This document shows, piece after piece, positions 55,621-64,000 of a stretch of 64,000 nucleotides of DNA (within the stretch, counting starts at the first letter, position 1; each line of letters begins with the position of its first letter). A program made the translations under genes and the position numbers. Origin of the DNA: Alistipes sp. (GTDB lineage Bacteria; Bacteroidota; Bacteroidia; Bacteroidales; Rikenellaceae); contig JAZLCQ010000064.1 of the NCBI GenBank assembly GCA_045614285.1, forward strand, positions 34,191 to 98,190, in the 5' to 3' direction. The notes beneath the pieces are model-generated. The model was given only the letters and a program-made list of their open reading frames with translations, was not told the origin of the DNA and searched no databases.

Positions 55621-56877
55621 ATGGACATAGAGAGATTATACACAGCATTTGGAAACTCGACGGGCGTAACCACCGACTCACGCAAAATTGAGGAAGGATC
55701 GATGTTCTTTGCACTGCACGGAGCATCGTTCGATGGCAACGACTACGCCATCCAGTCGCTCGAGAAGGGAGCATCCGTAGCGGTTATTGACCGCGCCGAC
55801 ATATTGGAGGCCAACCCGAACTACGCAGAGGATCTAATTTTGGTGGAGGATACCCTCGAAGCTTTGCAGGCATTGGCTCGAGAGCATCGTCGTGAACTGG
55901 CAATACCGATTATCGCTATCGCAGGTAGCAACGGCAAGACCACAACCAAGGAGTTGGTGTCACGTGTCCTGGCAGAGCGATTCGAGGTGACCACAACCAA
56001 GGGCAACCTCAACAACCACATCGGCGTGCCATTGACACTCCTTTCGATGACAAACGAGACCGAGTTTGGCGTTGTGGAGATGGGTGCAAGTGCACAGCAC
56101 GAGATAGAGTTGTTATGTTCGATTGCCGAGCCTAACTACGGAATATTGACAAATATCGGACTCTCACACCTCGAGGGTTTTGGCGGTGTTGAAGGCATCC
56201 GCAAGGGCAAGGGCGAGTTGTTCGACTACCTCGATGAGAATGGAGGTCGCGCCTTTGTTCCACAGGAGGATACTACACTCTGCGATATGGTCGTCGAGCG
56301 TGAGGATTTGGCAGCCGAGTACTACTCTCGCACTATTGCCGAGGGCTTTGAGAGCAATCTTACAGGCGACTACAACCGCTACAACATTGCAGCCGCAGTG
56401 GCTGTGGGTCGCTACTTCGATATCGCAGACGAGCGCATAGCCGAGGCTATTCTCTCGTTCAAACCCGACAACAACCGCTCGCAAGCGGTGAAGACCGAGC
56501 GCAACAGCCTCGTGGTAGATTGTTACAATGCCAACCCTTCGAGTATGGAGGTGGCACTGGACAACATCGCAACAATGGAGGCCAAGAAGAAGGTCTTGAT
56601 TTTGGGCGACATGCTCGAGCTTGGCGAGTGGAGTGCCGAGGCGCATCAAAATATCCTCCGCAAGGCTGATAAGGTAGCCTCGAGAATCATCCTCGTAGGT
56701 AAGGAGTTTGCCGCAGCACACGCAGTAGTAGAGGATGAGTTGGAGAGCAGTTACACGCTCTACCCTACCACAGCCGAGGCATTGGTTGCACTCGAGAAGA
56801 AGCCTATCAGCGGAGCCCTTATTCTATTGAAGGGTTCACGAGGCATTGCTCTTGAAAAATTGATTAACACACTTTAA
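55621..56877 (+). CDS. murF: UDP-MurNAc-tripeptide--D-Ala-D-Ala ligase
   Basis: TDSR, GSNGKTTTKE, NLNNHIGVPLTL, VEMGA, DCYNANPSSM, LGDMLELG, LKGSRG. Confidence 0.96.
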   Translation: MDIERLYTAFGNSTGVTTDSRKIEEGSMFFALHGASFDGNDYAIQSLEKGASVAVIDRADILEANPNYAEDLILVEDTLEALQALAREHRRELAIPIIAIAGSNGKTTTKELVSRVLAERFEVTTTKGNLNNHIGVPLTLLSMTNETEFGVVEMGASAQHEIELLCSIAEPNYGILTNIGLSHLEGFGGVEGIRKGKGELFDYLDENGGRAFVPQEDTTLCDMVVEREDLAAEYYSRTIAEGFESNLTGDYNRYNIAAAVAVGRYFDIADERIAEAILSFKPDNNRSQAVKTERNSLVVDCYNANPSSMEVALDNIATMEAKKKVLILGDMLELGEWSAEAHQNILRKADKVASRIILVGKEFAAAHAVVEDELESSYTLYPTTAEALVALEKKPISGALILLKGSRGIALEKLINTL

Positions 56878-56881
56878 CACT

Positions 56882-58570
56882 ATGAAGATAAAGAATTTAC
56901 TTTTGGCGTTGGCACTCCTTGCCACCGCATCGCTCTCGGCAAAGGAACAACCCGCTTGGCTCAAGAAGGCTGCGATATATCATATCTATCCGTTGACATA
57001 TATGGACTCTAACGGTGATGGTATTGGCGATTTGGAGGGCATTCGCTCGAAATTGGACTATATAAAGAGCGTAGGTTTCGACTGCATCTGGCTCTCACCT
57101 TGCTTTGCAAGTGCTTGGGAGGATGGAGGTTACGACATCATCGACTTCTACAAGGTTGACCCTCGCTTCGGCACAAACGAGGATTTGAAGCGCCTTATCG
57201 ACGACGCTCACTCGAAGGGTATCAAGATTTTGCTCGACCTCGTAGCCGGTCACACATCGGATAAGCATCCGTGGTTCCAGGAGTCATTGAAGGCAGAGCG
57301 CAACGACTACTCGGACTACTACATCTGGACTGAGGGTCACACTATGCCACAGCCTAGTTTCCGATGGGTAGACAACACCCACCCTCGCAACGGCATCTAC
57401 TTGAGTAACTATCTTCCGATTCAGCCGGCATTGAACTATGGCTATCGTTCACCAAACCCCGCAAACAGCTGGGAGCAAGATTACGATGCTCCAGGCCCTA
57501 AGGCTGTGCGTGAGGAGTTGAAGAAGATTATCGCCTACTGGTGCGATATGGGAGCCGACGGCTTCCGCGTAGATATGGCGAAGTCGCTTGTCAAGGGCGA
57601 CAACGCAGAACAGGAGGGTGTACAGCGTCTTTGGAAGGAGATTTTTACTTGGTACAATGCCAAGTATCCTGAGAATATTATGATGTCGGAGTGGTCATTC
57701 CCTAAGCAGTCTATCACTGCAGGATTCAATATCGACCTCCTTATTCACAATGGTATTGGTGGTAAGATTTACCGTCCGCTCGTCTGCGAAACTACCGACA
57801 AGATGGTTCCTACCGTATGTTACTTCTCGCCAAAGGGTGAGGGTCGCGTTCGTGAGTCGATGGAGATTTACACCAAAGTATACAACGACTACCGCTCACT
57901 CGGAGGTTATGCAGCAATGCCGACTTGCAGCCACGACATTTGGCGACTCTCGCGAATGAATCGCGCAACGGCCGAGGAGCAGAAGGTGGCAATCACGCTC
58001 TTCCTCACGCTTCCGACACCTCCTATCGTATATTACGGTGAGGAGATTGGTATGCGTAATCTCGACTATGCATTGCCAAAGGAGGGAAGCTTCACAAGTC
58101 GCAACCGTTCGGTATGTCGTACTCCTATGCAGTGGAGCACAGAGCGCAATGCGGGATTCTCAAAGGTGGAGGATGCCTCGAAGTTGTACTTGCCGGTAGA
58201 CAATGCCTACACATTCCCGAATGTGGCAGAGCAAGAGAAGAACGAGAACTCGGTACTTGCCTATGTGAAGGGTCTGTTAGCACTCCGTGCTGCAACTCCG
58301 GCACTTGGCGTTGAGGGCGAGTGGAAATATGTGGGTGATATGGACAACCCATACCCTATGATCTACGCGCGTATGCTCGGCAACGAGAAGTATGTCGTAG
58401 TATTCAACCCTGCAGCCCGTGAGGTGGAGGGTAAGATTGCTCCGCTCGGCAAGAAGGCTAAGTGGGTCTACGGAAATGATGCTTCGCTCGCAAAGTGTAA
58501 GACCTCGAAGGAGGGTCACACCTTCAAGATGAAGCCTATCAGCGTGGCTATCTTCAAGATGGAGAATTAA
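56882..58570 (+). CDS. Secreted GH13 alpha-glucosidase/amylase family protein
   Basis: DSNGDGIGDL, DLVAGHTS, DGFRVD (nucleophile), SEW, SHD, YYGEEIGM. Confidence 0.9.
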   Translation: MKIKNLLLALALLATASLSAKEQPAWLKKAAIYHIYPLTYMDSNGDGIGDLEGIRSKLDYIKSVGFDCIWLSPCFASAWEDGGYDIIDFYKVDPRFGTNEDLKRLIDDAHSKGIKILLDLVAGHTSDKHPWFQESLKAERNDYSDYYIWTEGHTMPQPSFRWVDNTHPRNGIYLSNYLPIQPALNYGYRSPNPANSWEQDYDAPGPKAVREELKKIIAYWCDMGADGFRVDMAKSLVKGDNAEQEGVQRLWKEIFTWYNAKYPENIMMSEWSFPKQSITAGFNIDLLIHNGIGGKIYRPLVCETTDKMVPTVCYFSPKGEGRVRESMEIYTKVYNDYRSLGGYAAMPTCSHDIWRLSRMNRATAEEQKVAITLFLTLPTPPIVYYGEEIGMRNLDYALPKEGSFTSRNRSVCRTPMQWSTERNAGFSKVEDASKLYLPVDNAYTFPNVAEQEKNENSVLAYVKGLLALRAATPALGVEGEWKYVGDMDNPYPMIYARMLGNEKYVVVFNPAAREVEGKIAPLGKKAKWVYGNDASLAKCKTSKEGHTFKMKPISVAIFKMEN

Positions 58571-58599
58571 TAACGAATATTTCGGAAGCGAGTGATATT

Positions 58600-61050
58600 A
58601 TGAAGCGACTCTTTGCTATTTCTCTTCTATCGGTAGTCTTGGCAGGTCAAGTTTTTGCAGCTAAGAGCGATTCGAGAATGAAGATGTGGTACGACTACCC
58701 TGCCGACGAGTTTATCGAATCGTTGGTGATGGGTAATGGTCGTATGGGCGCCATCATATACTCGGGCGTGGGCAAAGAGCGCATCAACCTCAGCGAGATG
58801 ACGCTCTGGTCGGGGGAGCCGATGAGGTACGACATCGACGCCGAGGCCGAGAAGGAGACTCTCGCTGCAATTCGCGAGGCGCTTGCAAACGGTGAGTATC
58901 GTAAAGCTGACAAGCTGCAACTCAAGCAGCAAGGTAAATTCTCGCAATGCTTCATCTCGATGGCGTCGCTTCTCATCGACTTCAAGGGCGGCACCGTAAC
59001 CTCGGCATACCGTCGAGAGCTCGACCTTACAAAAGCTATCACCAGAGTCGACTACACCATCGGCAAGAGCAGCTATACTCGCAACTACTTTGTTTCACAC
59101 CCCGACAACGTCATGGTCGTGGAGCTCGTCGCAAAGGGTAAAGATTTAATTAATTGCGAGGTGGCATTGGATAGCCAGTTGCGCTATAAGACCTCATCGG
59201 AGGGCAACGCCCTGATAATGGACGGATATGCTCCGTACGACATTACATTCCGCGAGCGAAAGATCTCGTGGGACGAAAATCGTGCAACCCACTTCGCAAC
59301 AATCGTAAAGCCTATCGAATACGATGGAGAGGTCGATATCCGCGATGGCAAAATATGCATCAAAGAGACCAAGCGCGTAGTATTGTTGCTCACCTGCGGA
59401 ACAAGTTTCAACGGTTTTGACAAAGACCCCGTTAAGGAGGGTAAGGATTATATGGGTATCGCCCGCAAACGAATGGCTGAGGCAGAAAAGCGTTCATTCA
59501 AGGAGTTAAGAAAGCGCCATATCGCCGACTATACATCGCTCTTTAACCGTGTCGACATCGAGTTCAACGGAGAGGATAAGTCGCACATCCCGACCGACGA
59601 GCGTCTGAAGGCTTATGCCGAAGGTGCAAAGGATCGTGAGTTGGAGGCTCTCTATCTCCACTTTGCCCGTTATATGATGATCTCGGCATCACGCACTGAG
59701 GGCATACCGATGAACCTCCAGGGAATCTGGAGCGAGGATCTCACCCCACCGTGGAACAGCAACTACACAATCAATATCAACACCGAGCAGAACTATTGGC
59801 CAGCAGAGGTGATGAATCTCTCGGAGTTGCATCAGCCGTTGTTCTCATTCCTTGAGGGTCTCTCAAAGAATGGTAAAATAATCGCTCGAGACTACTACGG
59901 ATGTGGTGGTTGGGTAGCTTGCCACAACTCCGACGTATGGGCTATGGCTCACCCCGTAGGCGAAAAGACAGGACGCCCCCGCTATGCAAATTGGCCTATG
60001 GGAGGCGCTTGGCTCTCGACTCATCTGTGGGAGCACTACCTCTACACCCTCGACAAAGAGTTTTTAGCTAAGCAGGCCTATCCTCTATTGAAGGGTGCAT
60101 CTGAATTTATGCTCGATTGGCTCGTCGAGGACAAGTCGGGTTATCTTGTAACCTCGCCTTCGACATCGCCGGAGAACGAATTTAAAGATCCGTCGACAGG
60201 TCGCTATGCGGCAACATCGCTCGCATCGACCTGCGATATGGCCATTATTCGTGAGCTTCTGTCGGCAACAGCCTCAGCAGCCGATGAGTTGGGCGTGGAC
60301 AAGGGGTTCAGCGAGAAGCTGCGAACAACCATTGCACGCCTCTATCCCTACAAAATAAGCGAGCGCGGCACACTACAGGAGTGGTTCTGCGATTTTGAGG
60401 AGCGAGATCCTAAGCATCGACATCTCTCACACCTTGTCGGTCTCTACCCGGGCAGCCACATCTCGCCAGAGAAGACACCTGAGTTGGCCGCAGCATCGAT
60501 GCGTTCACTCGAGCTACGAGGCCCTCGTGCTACGGGTTGGTCGATCGCTTGGCGCATAGGTCTCTATGCTCGTCTCTATAAGGGCGAGAACGCTCTCAAC
60601 AGCTACCGCATATTGCTCAACTACACGAGAGCAATGAACACAAAGATAAAGGCTGCGGGTGTTACGGGCGGAACCTATCCAAACCTGCTCGATTCACATC
60701 CGCCATTCCAGATCGATGCCAACTTTGCCGCTCCTGCAGGTGTGGCAGAGTTGCTTATGCAGTCGTGCTTCGGATCGATTGACCTTCTTCCTGCACTACC
60801 TTTAGAGTGGAAGGATGGTTCATTCCGAGGTTTGCGTGCTCGTGGGGCATTCGAGGTTGACCTAAAGTGGAGGGATGGTAAAGTACAGAGAGGCTCTATC
60901 ACATCGTTGGCAGGAGAGAAGTGCACCCTTCGCAGCCATACACCATTGAAGGTTAAGGGAGCAAAGTACACCGAGAAGCAGATCGGAGAGTGGTATATCA
61001 CCGAGTTTGCGACAGAGCGAGGTACGAGATACGAAATCACAGCAAAATAG
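58600..61050 (+). CDS. GH95 alpha-L-fucosidase/galactosidase
   Basis: GNGRMGA, NLQGIW, NYTININTEQNYW, STSPEN, HRHLSHL, HPPFQIDAN. Confidence 0.93.
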   Translation: MKRLFAISLLSVVLAGQVFAAKSDSRMKMWYDYPADEFIESLVMGNGRMGAIIYSGVGKERINLSEMTLWSGEPMRYDIDAEAEKETLAAIREALANGEYRKADKLQLKQQGKFSQCFISMASLLIDFKGGTVTSAYRRELDLTKAITRVDYTIGKSSYTRNYFVSHPDNVMVVELVAKGKDLINCEVALDSQLRYKTSSEGNALIMDGYAPYDITFRERKISWDENRATHFATIVKPIEYDGEVDIRDGKICIKETKRVVLLLTCGTSFNGFDKDPVKEGKDYMGIARKRMAEAEKRSFKELRKRHIADYTSLFNRVDIEFNGEDKSHIPTDERLKAYAEGAKDRELEALYLHFARYMMISASRTEGIPMNLQGIWSEDLTPPWNSNYTININTEQNYWPAEVMNLSELHQPLFSFLEGLSKNGKIIARDYYGCGGWVACHNSDVWAMAHPVGEKTGRPRYANWPMGGAWLSTHLWEHYLYTLDKEFLAKQAYPLLKGASEFMLDWLVEDKSGYLVTSPSTSPENEFKDPSTGRYAATSLASTCDMAIIRELLSATASAADELGVDKGFSEKLRTTIARLYPYKISERGTLQEWFCDFEERDPKHRHLSHLVGLYPGSHISPEKTPELAAASMRSLELRGPRATGWSIAWRIGLYARLYKGENALNSYRILLNYTRAMNTKIKAAGVTGGTYPNLLDSHPPFQIDANFAAPAGVAELLMQSCFGSIDLLPALPLEWKDGSFRGLRARGAFEVDLKWRDGKVQRGSITSLAGEKCTLRSHTPLKVKGAKYTEKQIGEWYITEFATERGTRYEITAK

Positions 61051-61078
61051 AACACAAAATAGATAAAATAATAGGTAT

Positions 61079-63049
61079 ATGGAAGAGAACAAACAGAACA
61101 TTTCACTCCCTGAGAACGCCTACCGCGAGTTGAAGGAGGGTGAGGAGTACAAGCCGGTGATGCCGGCAGAGAGCACACCAGCCGAGGCGACGCCATACTC
61201 GGTCACTATGGGTGTAATTATGGCGATTATCTTCTCAGCAGCAGCAGCCTTCCTCGGCTTGAAGGTTGGCCAGGTCTTCGAGGCGGCTATTCCTATCGCA
61301 ATTCTTGCAGCCGGATTCGGCACATTGCGAGGTAAGAAGAGTATGCTCGGTGAGAACGTCATCATTCAATCTATCGGTGCATCGTCGGGTGTAATCGTTG
61401 CGGGTGCAATTTTTACGCTCCCTGCACTCTACATCCTCGGTCTCGAGGCGCAATTCTACCAGGTATTCCTCTCGTCGTTGTTGGGAGGTGTCTTGGGTAT
61501 CGTATTGCTCGTACCATTCCGCAAGTACTTCGTTAAAGATATGCACGGCAAGTACCCATTCCCTGAGGCTACTGCAACTACCGAGGTGCTCGTTTCGGGC
61601 GAGAAGGGCGGCAAGCAGACCATAACCCTTGCTATTGCGGGTCTTATCGGAGGATTGTACGACTTTGCAGTTTCGTCGTTTGGCGCTTGGGCAGAGAATA
61701 TCTCGACCAAGATGACCGCTTGGGGCACAGCTGTAGCCGACAAGTTCAAGGTTGAGTTCTCGATGAACACCGGTGCTACATTGCTCGGTTTGGGCTATAT
61801 CATCGGTTTGAAGTACGCCGTTATCATCACCGCAGGATCGTGCCTCGTATGGTTCGTGATTGTGCCACTCGTAGGCTACGCAATGTCGGGTATGGCACCA
61901 TTTGGTGAGGCTATGGCAGCTCAGGCCGGTGCTTTGGACGCTGCTACAATCTTCTCGACATATGGTCGTCCTATCGGTATCGGCGGTATCGCAATGGCAG
62001 GTTTGATTGGCATTATCAAGCAGTCGGGCATCATCAAGCAGGCTGTAGGCTTGGCAGTTAAGGAGTTGGGCGGTAAGAAGTCGGAGGGCGCAACCGAGCG
62101 CACACAGCGCGACATCTCGATGAAGGTTATCCTCTCGGTGATTATCGCAGTGTTGGTTGCTACCGTTGCATTCTTCCAATTTGGCATCTTGGGCAATTGG
62201 TTCCACACCATCGTGGCATTGCTCATCGTATTCGTTATCGCATTCTTGTTCACCACCGTAGCGGCTAACGCTATCGCAATCGTGGGTACTAACCCTGTAT
62301 CGGGTATGACCTTGATGACCTTGATCCTCTCGTCGTTGGTACTCGTCTCGATTGGCCTCAATGGCAAGGAGGGTATGACCGCAGCGTTGATTATCGGTGG
62401 CGTGGTTTGTACCGCGCTCTCGATGGCGGGAGGTTTCATCACCGACCTCAAGATTGGTTACTGGCTCGGTACTACTCCACGCACACAGGAGAAGTGGAAG
62501 TTCCTCGGAACATTCGTGTCGGCTGCTACCGTAGCGGGTGTGATGATTATCCTGAACAAGACCTACGGTTTCGTGGGTGAGAACGCCTTGACCGCACCTC
62601 AGGCTAACGCTATGGCGGCAGTTATTAAGCCGTTGATGGAGGGTGGCAACACACCTTGGATTCTCTACTTCGCAGGTGCTATTTTGGCGCTCGTATTGAA
62701 CTGGATTGGCGTACCAGCATTGGCATTCTCGCTCGGTATGTTTATCCCGATGTCGTTGAATGCTCCACTCGTAGTTGGTGGTGCTATCGCTTGGTTTGTA
62801 TCGAACCGCACGAAGGATGAGGATTTGAACAAGGCTCGTTTCGACCGTGGTACTCTCCTCGCATCGGGCTTTATCGCCGGTGGTGCATTGATGGGCGTTG
62901 TGGCAGCAGTCTTGAAGTTCGCAGGCGTAGATTTGTATATGAGTAACTGGGCTGCATCTAATGGTGCCGAGTGGCTTGCGCTTGTGATGTATGTTGCCTT
63001 GGCAATCTACTTCACCGTTCACACATTGAAGGCAAAGAAAGAAGAATAA
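61079..63049 (+). CDS. OPT-family oligopeptide transporter
   Basis: GLKVGQVFEAAIP, ENVIIQ, YPFPE, NPVSGMTL, DLKIGYWLG, APQANAM. Confidence 0.93.
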   Translation: MEENKQNISLPENAYRELKEGEEYKPVMPAESTPAEATPYSVTMGVIMAIIFSAAAAFLGLKVGQVFEAAIPIAILAAGFGTLRGKKSMLGENVIIQSIGASSGVIVAGAIFTLPALYILGLEAQFYQVFLSSLLGGVLGIVLLVPFRKYFVKDMHGKYPFPEATATTEVLVSGEKGGKQTITLAIAGLIGGLYDFAVSSFGAWAENISTKMTAWGTAVADKFKVEFSMNTGATLLGLGYIIGLKYAVIITAGSCLVWFVIVPLVGYAMSGMAPFGEAMAAQAGALDAATIFSTYGRPIGIGGIAMAGLIGIIKQSGIIKQAVGLAVKELGGKKSEGATERTQRDISMKVILSVIIAVLVATVAFFQFGILGNWFHTIVALLIVFVIAFLFTTVAANAIAIVGTNPVSGMTLMTLILSSLVLVSIGLNGKEGMTAALIIGGVVCTALSMAGGFITDLKIGYWLGTTPRTQEKWKFLGTFVSAATVAGVMIILNKTYGFVGENALTAPQANAMAAVIKPLMEGGNTPWILYFAGAILALVLNWIGVPALAFSLGMFIPMSLNAPLVVGGAIAWFVSNRTKDEDLNKARFDRGTLLASGFIAGGALMGVVAAVLKFAGVDLYMSNWAASNGAEWLALVMYVALAIYFTVHTLKAKKEE

Positions 63050-63065
63050 TATAAAACGATATACT

Positions 63066-64000
63066 ATGGAGTTGAAAGATAGATTTTTGAAATATGTCGC
63101 TATCGACACGCAGAGCGATGAGAATAGCGAGACCTTCCCATCATCGGCAAAGGAGTGGGATTTGTTGAATCTCTTGGTTGAGGAGATGAAGGCACTCGGT
63201 TTGGAGGATGTCAGCATCGACAAGTATGGCTACGCTATGGGTACTATTCCTGCCTCTAAGGGCAAGGAGAATGCACCTGTAATCGGTTTCCTCGCACATG
63301 TCGATACATCGCCCGATATGAGCGGAGCAAATGTTCGTCCACGCATCATCGAGGAGTACGACGGCAAGGATATCGTACTCAATCCGTCTCTCACAATGAA
63401 GGTGTCGGAGTTCCCTGAGTTGAGCCGCTTCGTGGGTCACACACTCATTCACACCGATGGCACAACCCTTCTCGGCGCTGACGACAAGGCGGGTGTTGCC
63501 GAGATTATGACCGCAGCCGAGTACCTTATGGCGCACCCCGAGATCGAGCACGGCAAGATTCGCATCGGCTTCACACCCGATGAGGAGATTGGTCGTGGCG
63601 TAGATTTCTTCGATGTGAAGGCCTTTGGCGCAGACTTCGCCTACACAATGGATGGCGGCTACGAGGGCGAGTTGGAGTACGAGAACTTCAACGCAGCATC
63701 GGCTAAAATCGCTATTCAGGGTCGCAATGTACACCCGGGCTACGCCAAGAACAAGATGATTAATGCTATCGAGGTGGCTTGCGAGTTGAACTCGATGATT
63801 CCTGCGACTCAGCGTCCTGAGTACACCGAGGGTTACGAGGGCTTCTACCACTGCGTAGGCTTCAACGGCACAGTCGAGGAGGCGTCTGTTTCGTACATCA
63901 TTCGTGACCACGACTTCGAGAAGTTCGAGGCAAAGAAGGTGTGGATGTGGGATATCGTAGGTATGCTCAACAAGAAGTATGGCGGCGCCCTCACACTCAC
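63066..64000 (+). CDS. pepT: Peptidase T (tripeptide aminopeptidase), partial, runs off the window
   Basis: Hand translation: MELKDRFLKYVAIDTQSDE...FLAHVDTSPD...LLGADDKAG...FTPDEEIGRG...YENFNAA...VHPGYAK. Confidence 0.95.
   Translation, partial: MELKDRFLKYVAIDTQSDENSETFPSSAKEWDLLNLLVEEMKALGLEDVSIDKYGYAMGTIPASKGKENAPVIGFLAHVDTSPDMSGANVRPRIIEEYDGKDIVLNPSLTMKVSEFPELSRFVGHTLIHTDGTTLLGADDKAGVAEIMTAAEYLMAHPEIEHGKIRIGFTPDEEIGRGVDFFDVKAFGADFAYTMDGGYEGELEYENFNAASAKIAIQGRNVHPGYAKNKMINAIEVACELNSMIPATQRPEYTEGYEGFYHCVGFNGTVEEASVSYIIRDHDFEKFEAKKVWMWDIVGMLNKKYGGALTL

Noticed and set aside
54490-61050. Polysaccharide utilisation locus
   Set aside because: There is no SusC/SusD pair or dedicated regulator, and the glycosidases are interleaved with murF and manC.
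61235-63223. 662-aa antisense ORF, and similar long antisense ORFs (12978-14144, 32154-33659, 46833-48119, 49664-50851, 453-1331)
   Set aside because: They are shadows of well-supported genes on the opposite strand, caused by codon bias, and contain no recognisable motifs.

Overview
This looks like a chromosomal window from a Bacteroidota organism, probably Rikenellaceae/Alistipes-like; that is inferred from gene content, TAnnTTTG promoters and A-rich start contexts without Shine-Dalgarno motifs. Most of it is ordinary housekeeping and nutrient-acquisition DNA: folA, thyA, panC, panD, mazG, rarA, murF, pepT, peptidases M16 and M49, GH20/GH13/GH95/BNR glycosidases, a LytS/LytTR pair with an outer-membrane barrel, a TolC-HlyD-permease efflux set and an ECF sigma operon. 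The standout is a ~14.7 kb accessory array (32169-46814) of four paralogous large surface lipoproteins. Each has a fimbrillin/type V pilin-like N-domain, a variable Cys/Asn/Gly-rich repeat passenger and a shared C-terminal module. They are arranged as three repeated cassettes: promoter, lipoprotein(s), an unannotated 38-42 aa conserved peptide (YxxP...GYGDS(V/I)LLPGFGxExDELVY), and a homologous terminator whose T-tract also forms the -33 box of the next promoter. The N-terminal regions of the paralogs are mosaic, with near-identical patches. I saw no tRNA, rRNA, CRISPR array, transposase, integrase or reverse transcriptase. All calls are from reading motifs by eye; no database searches were run.
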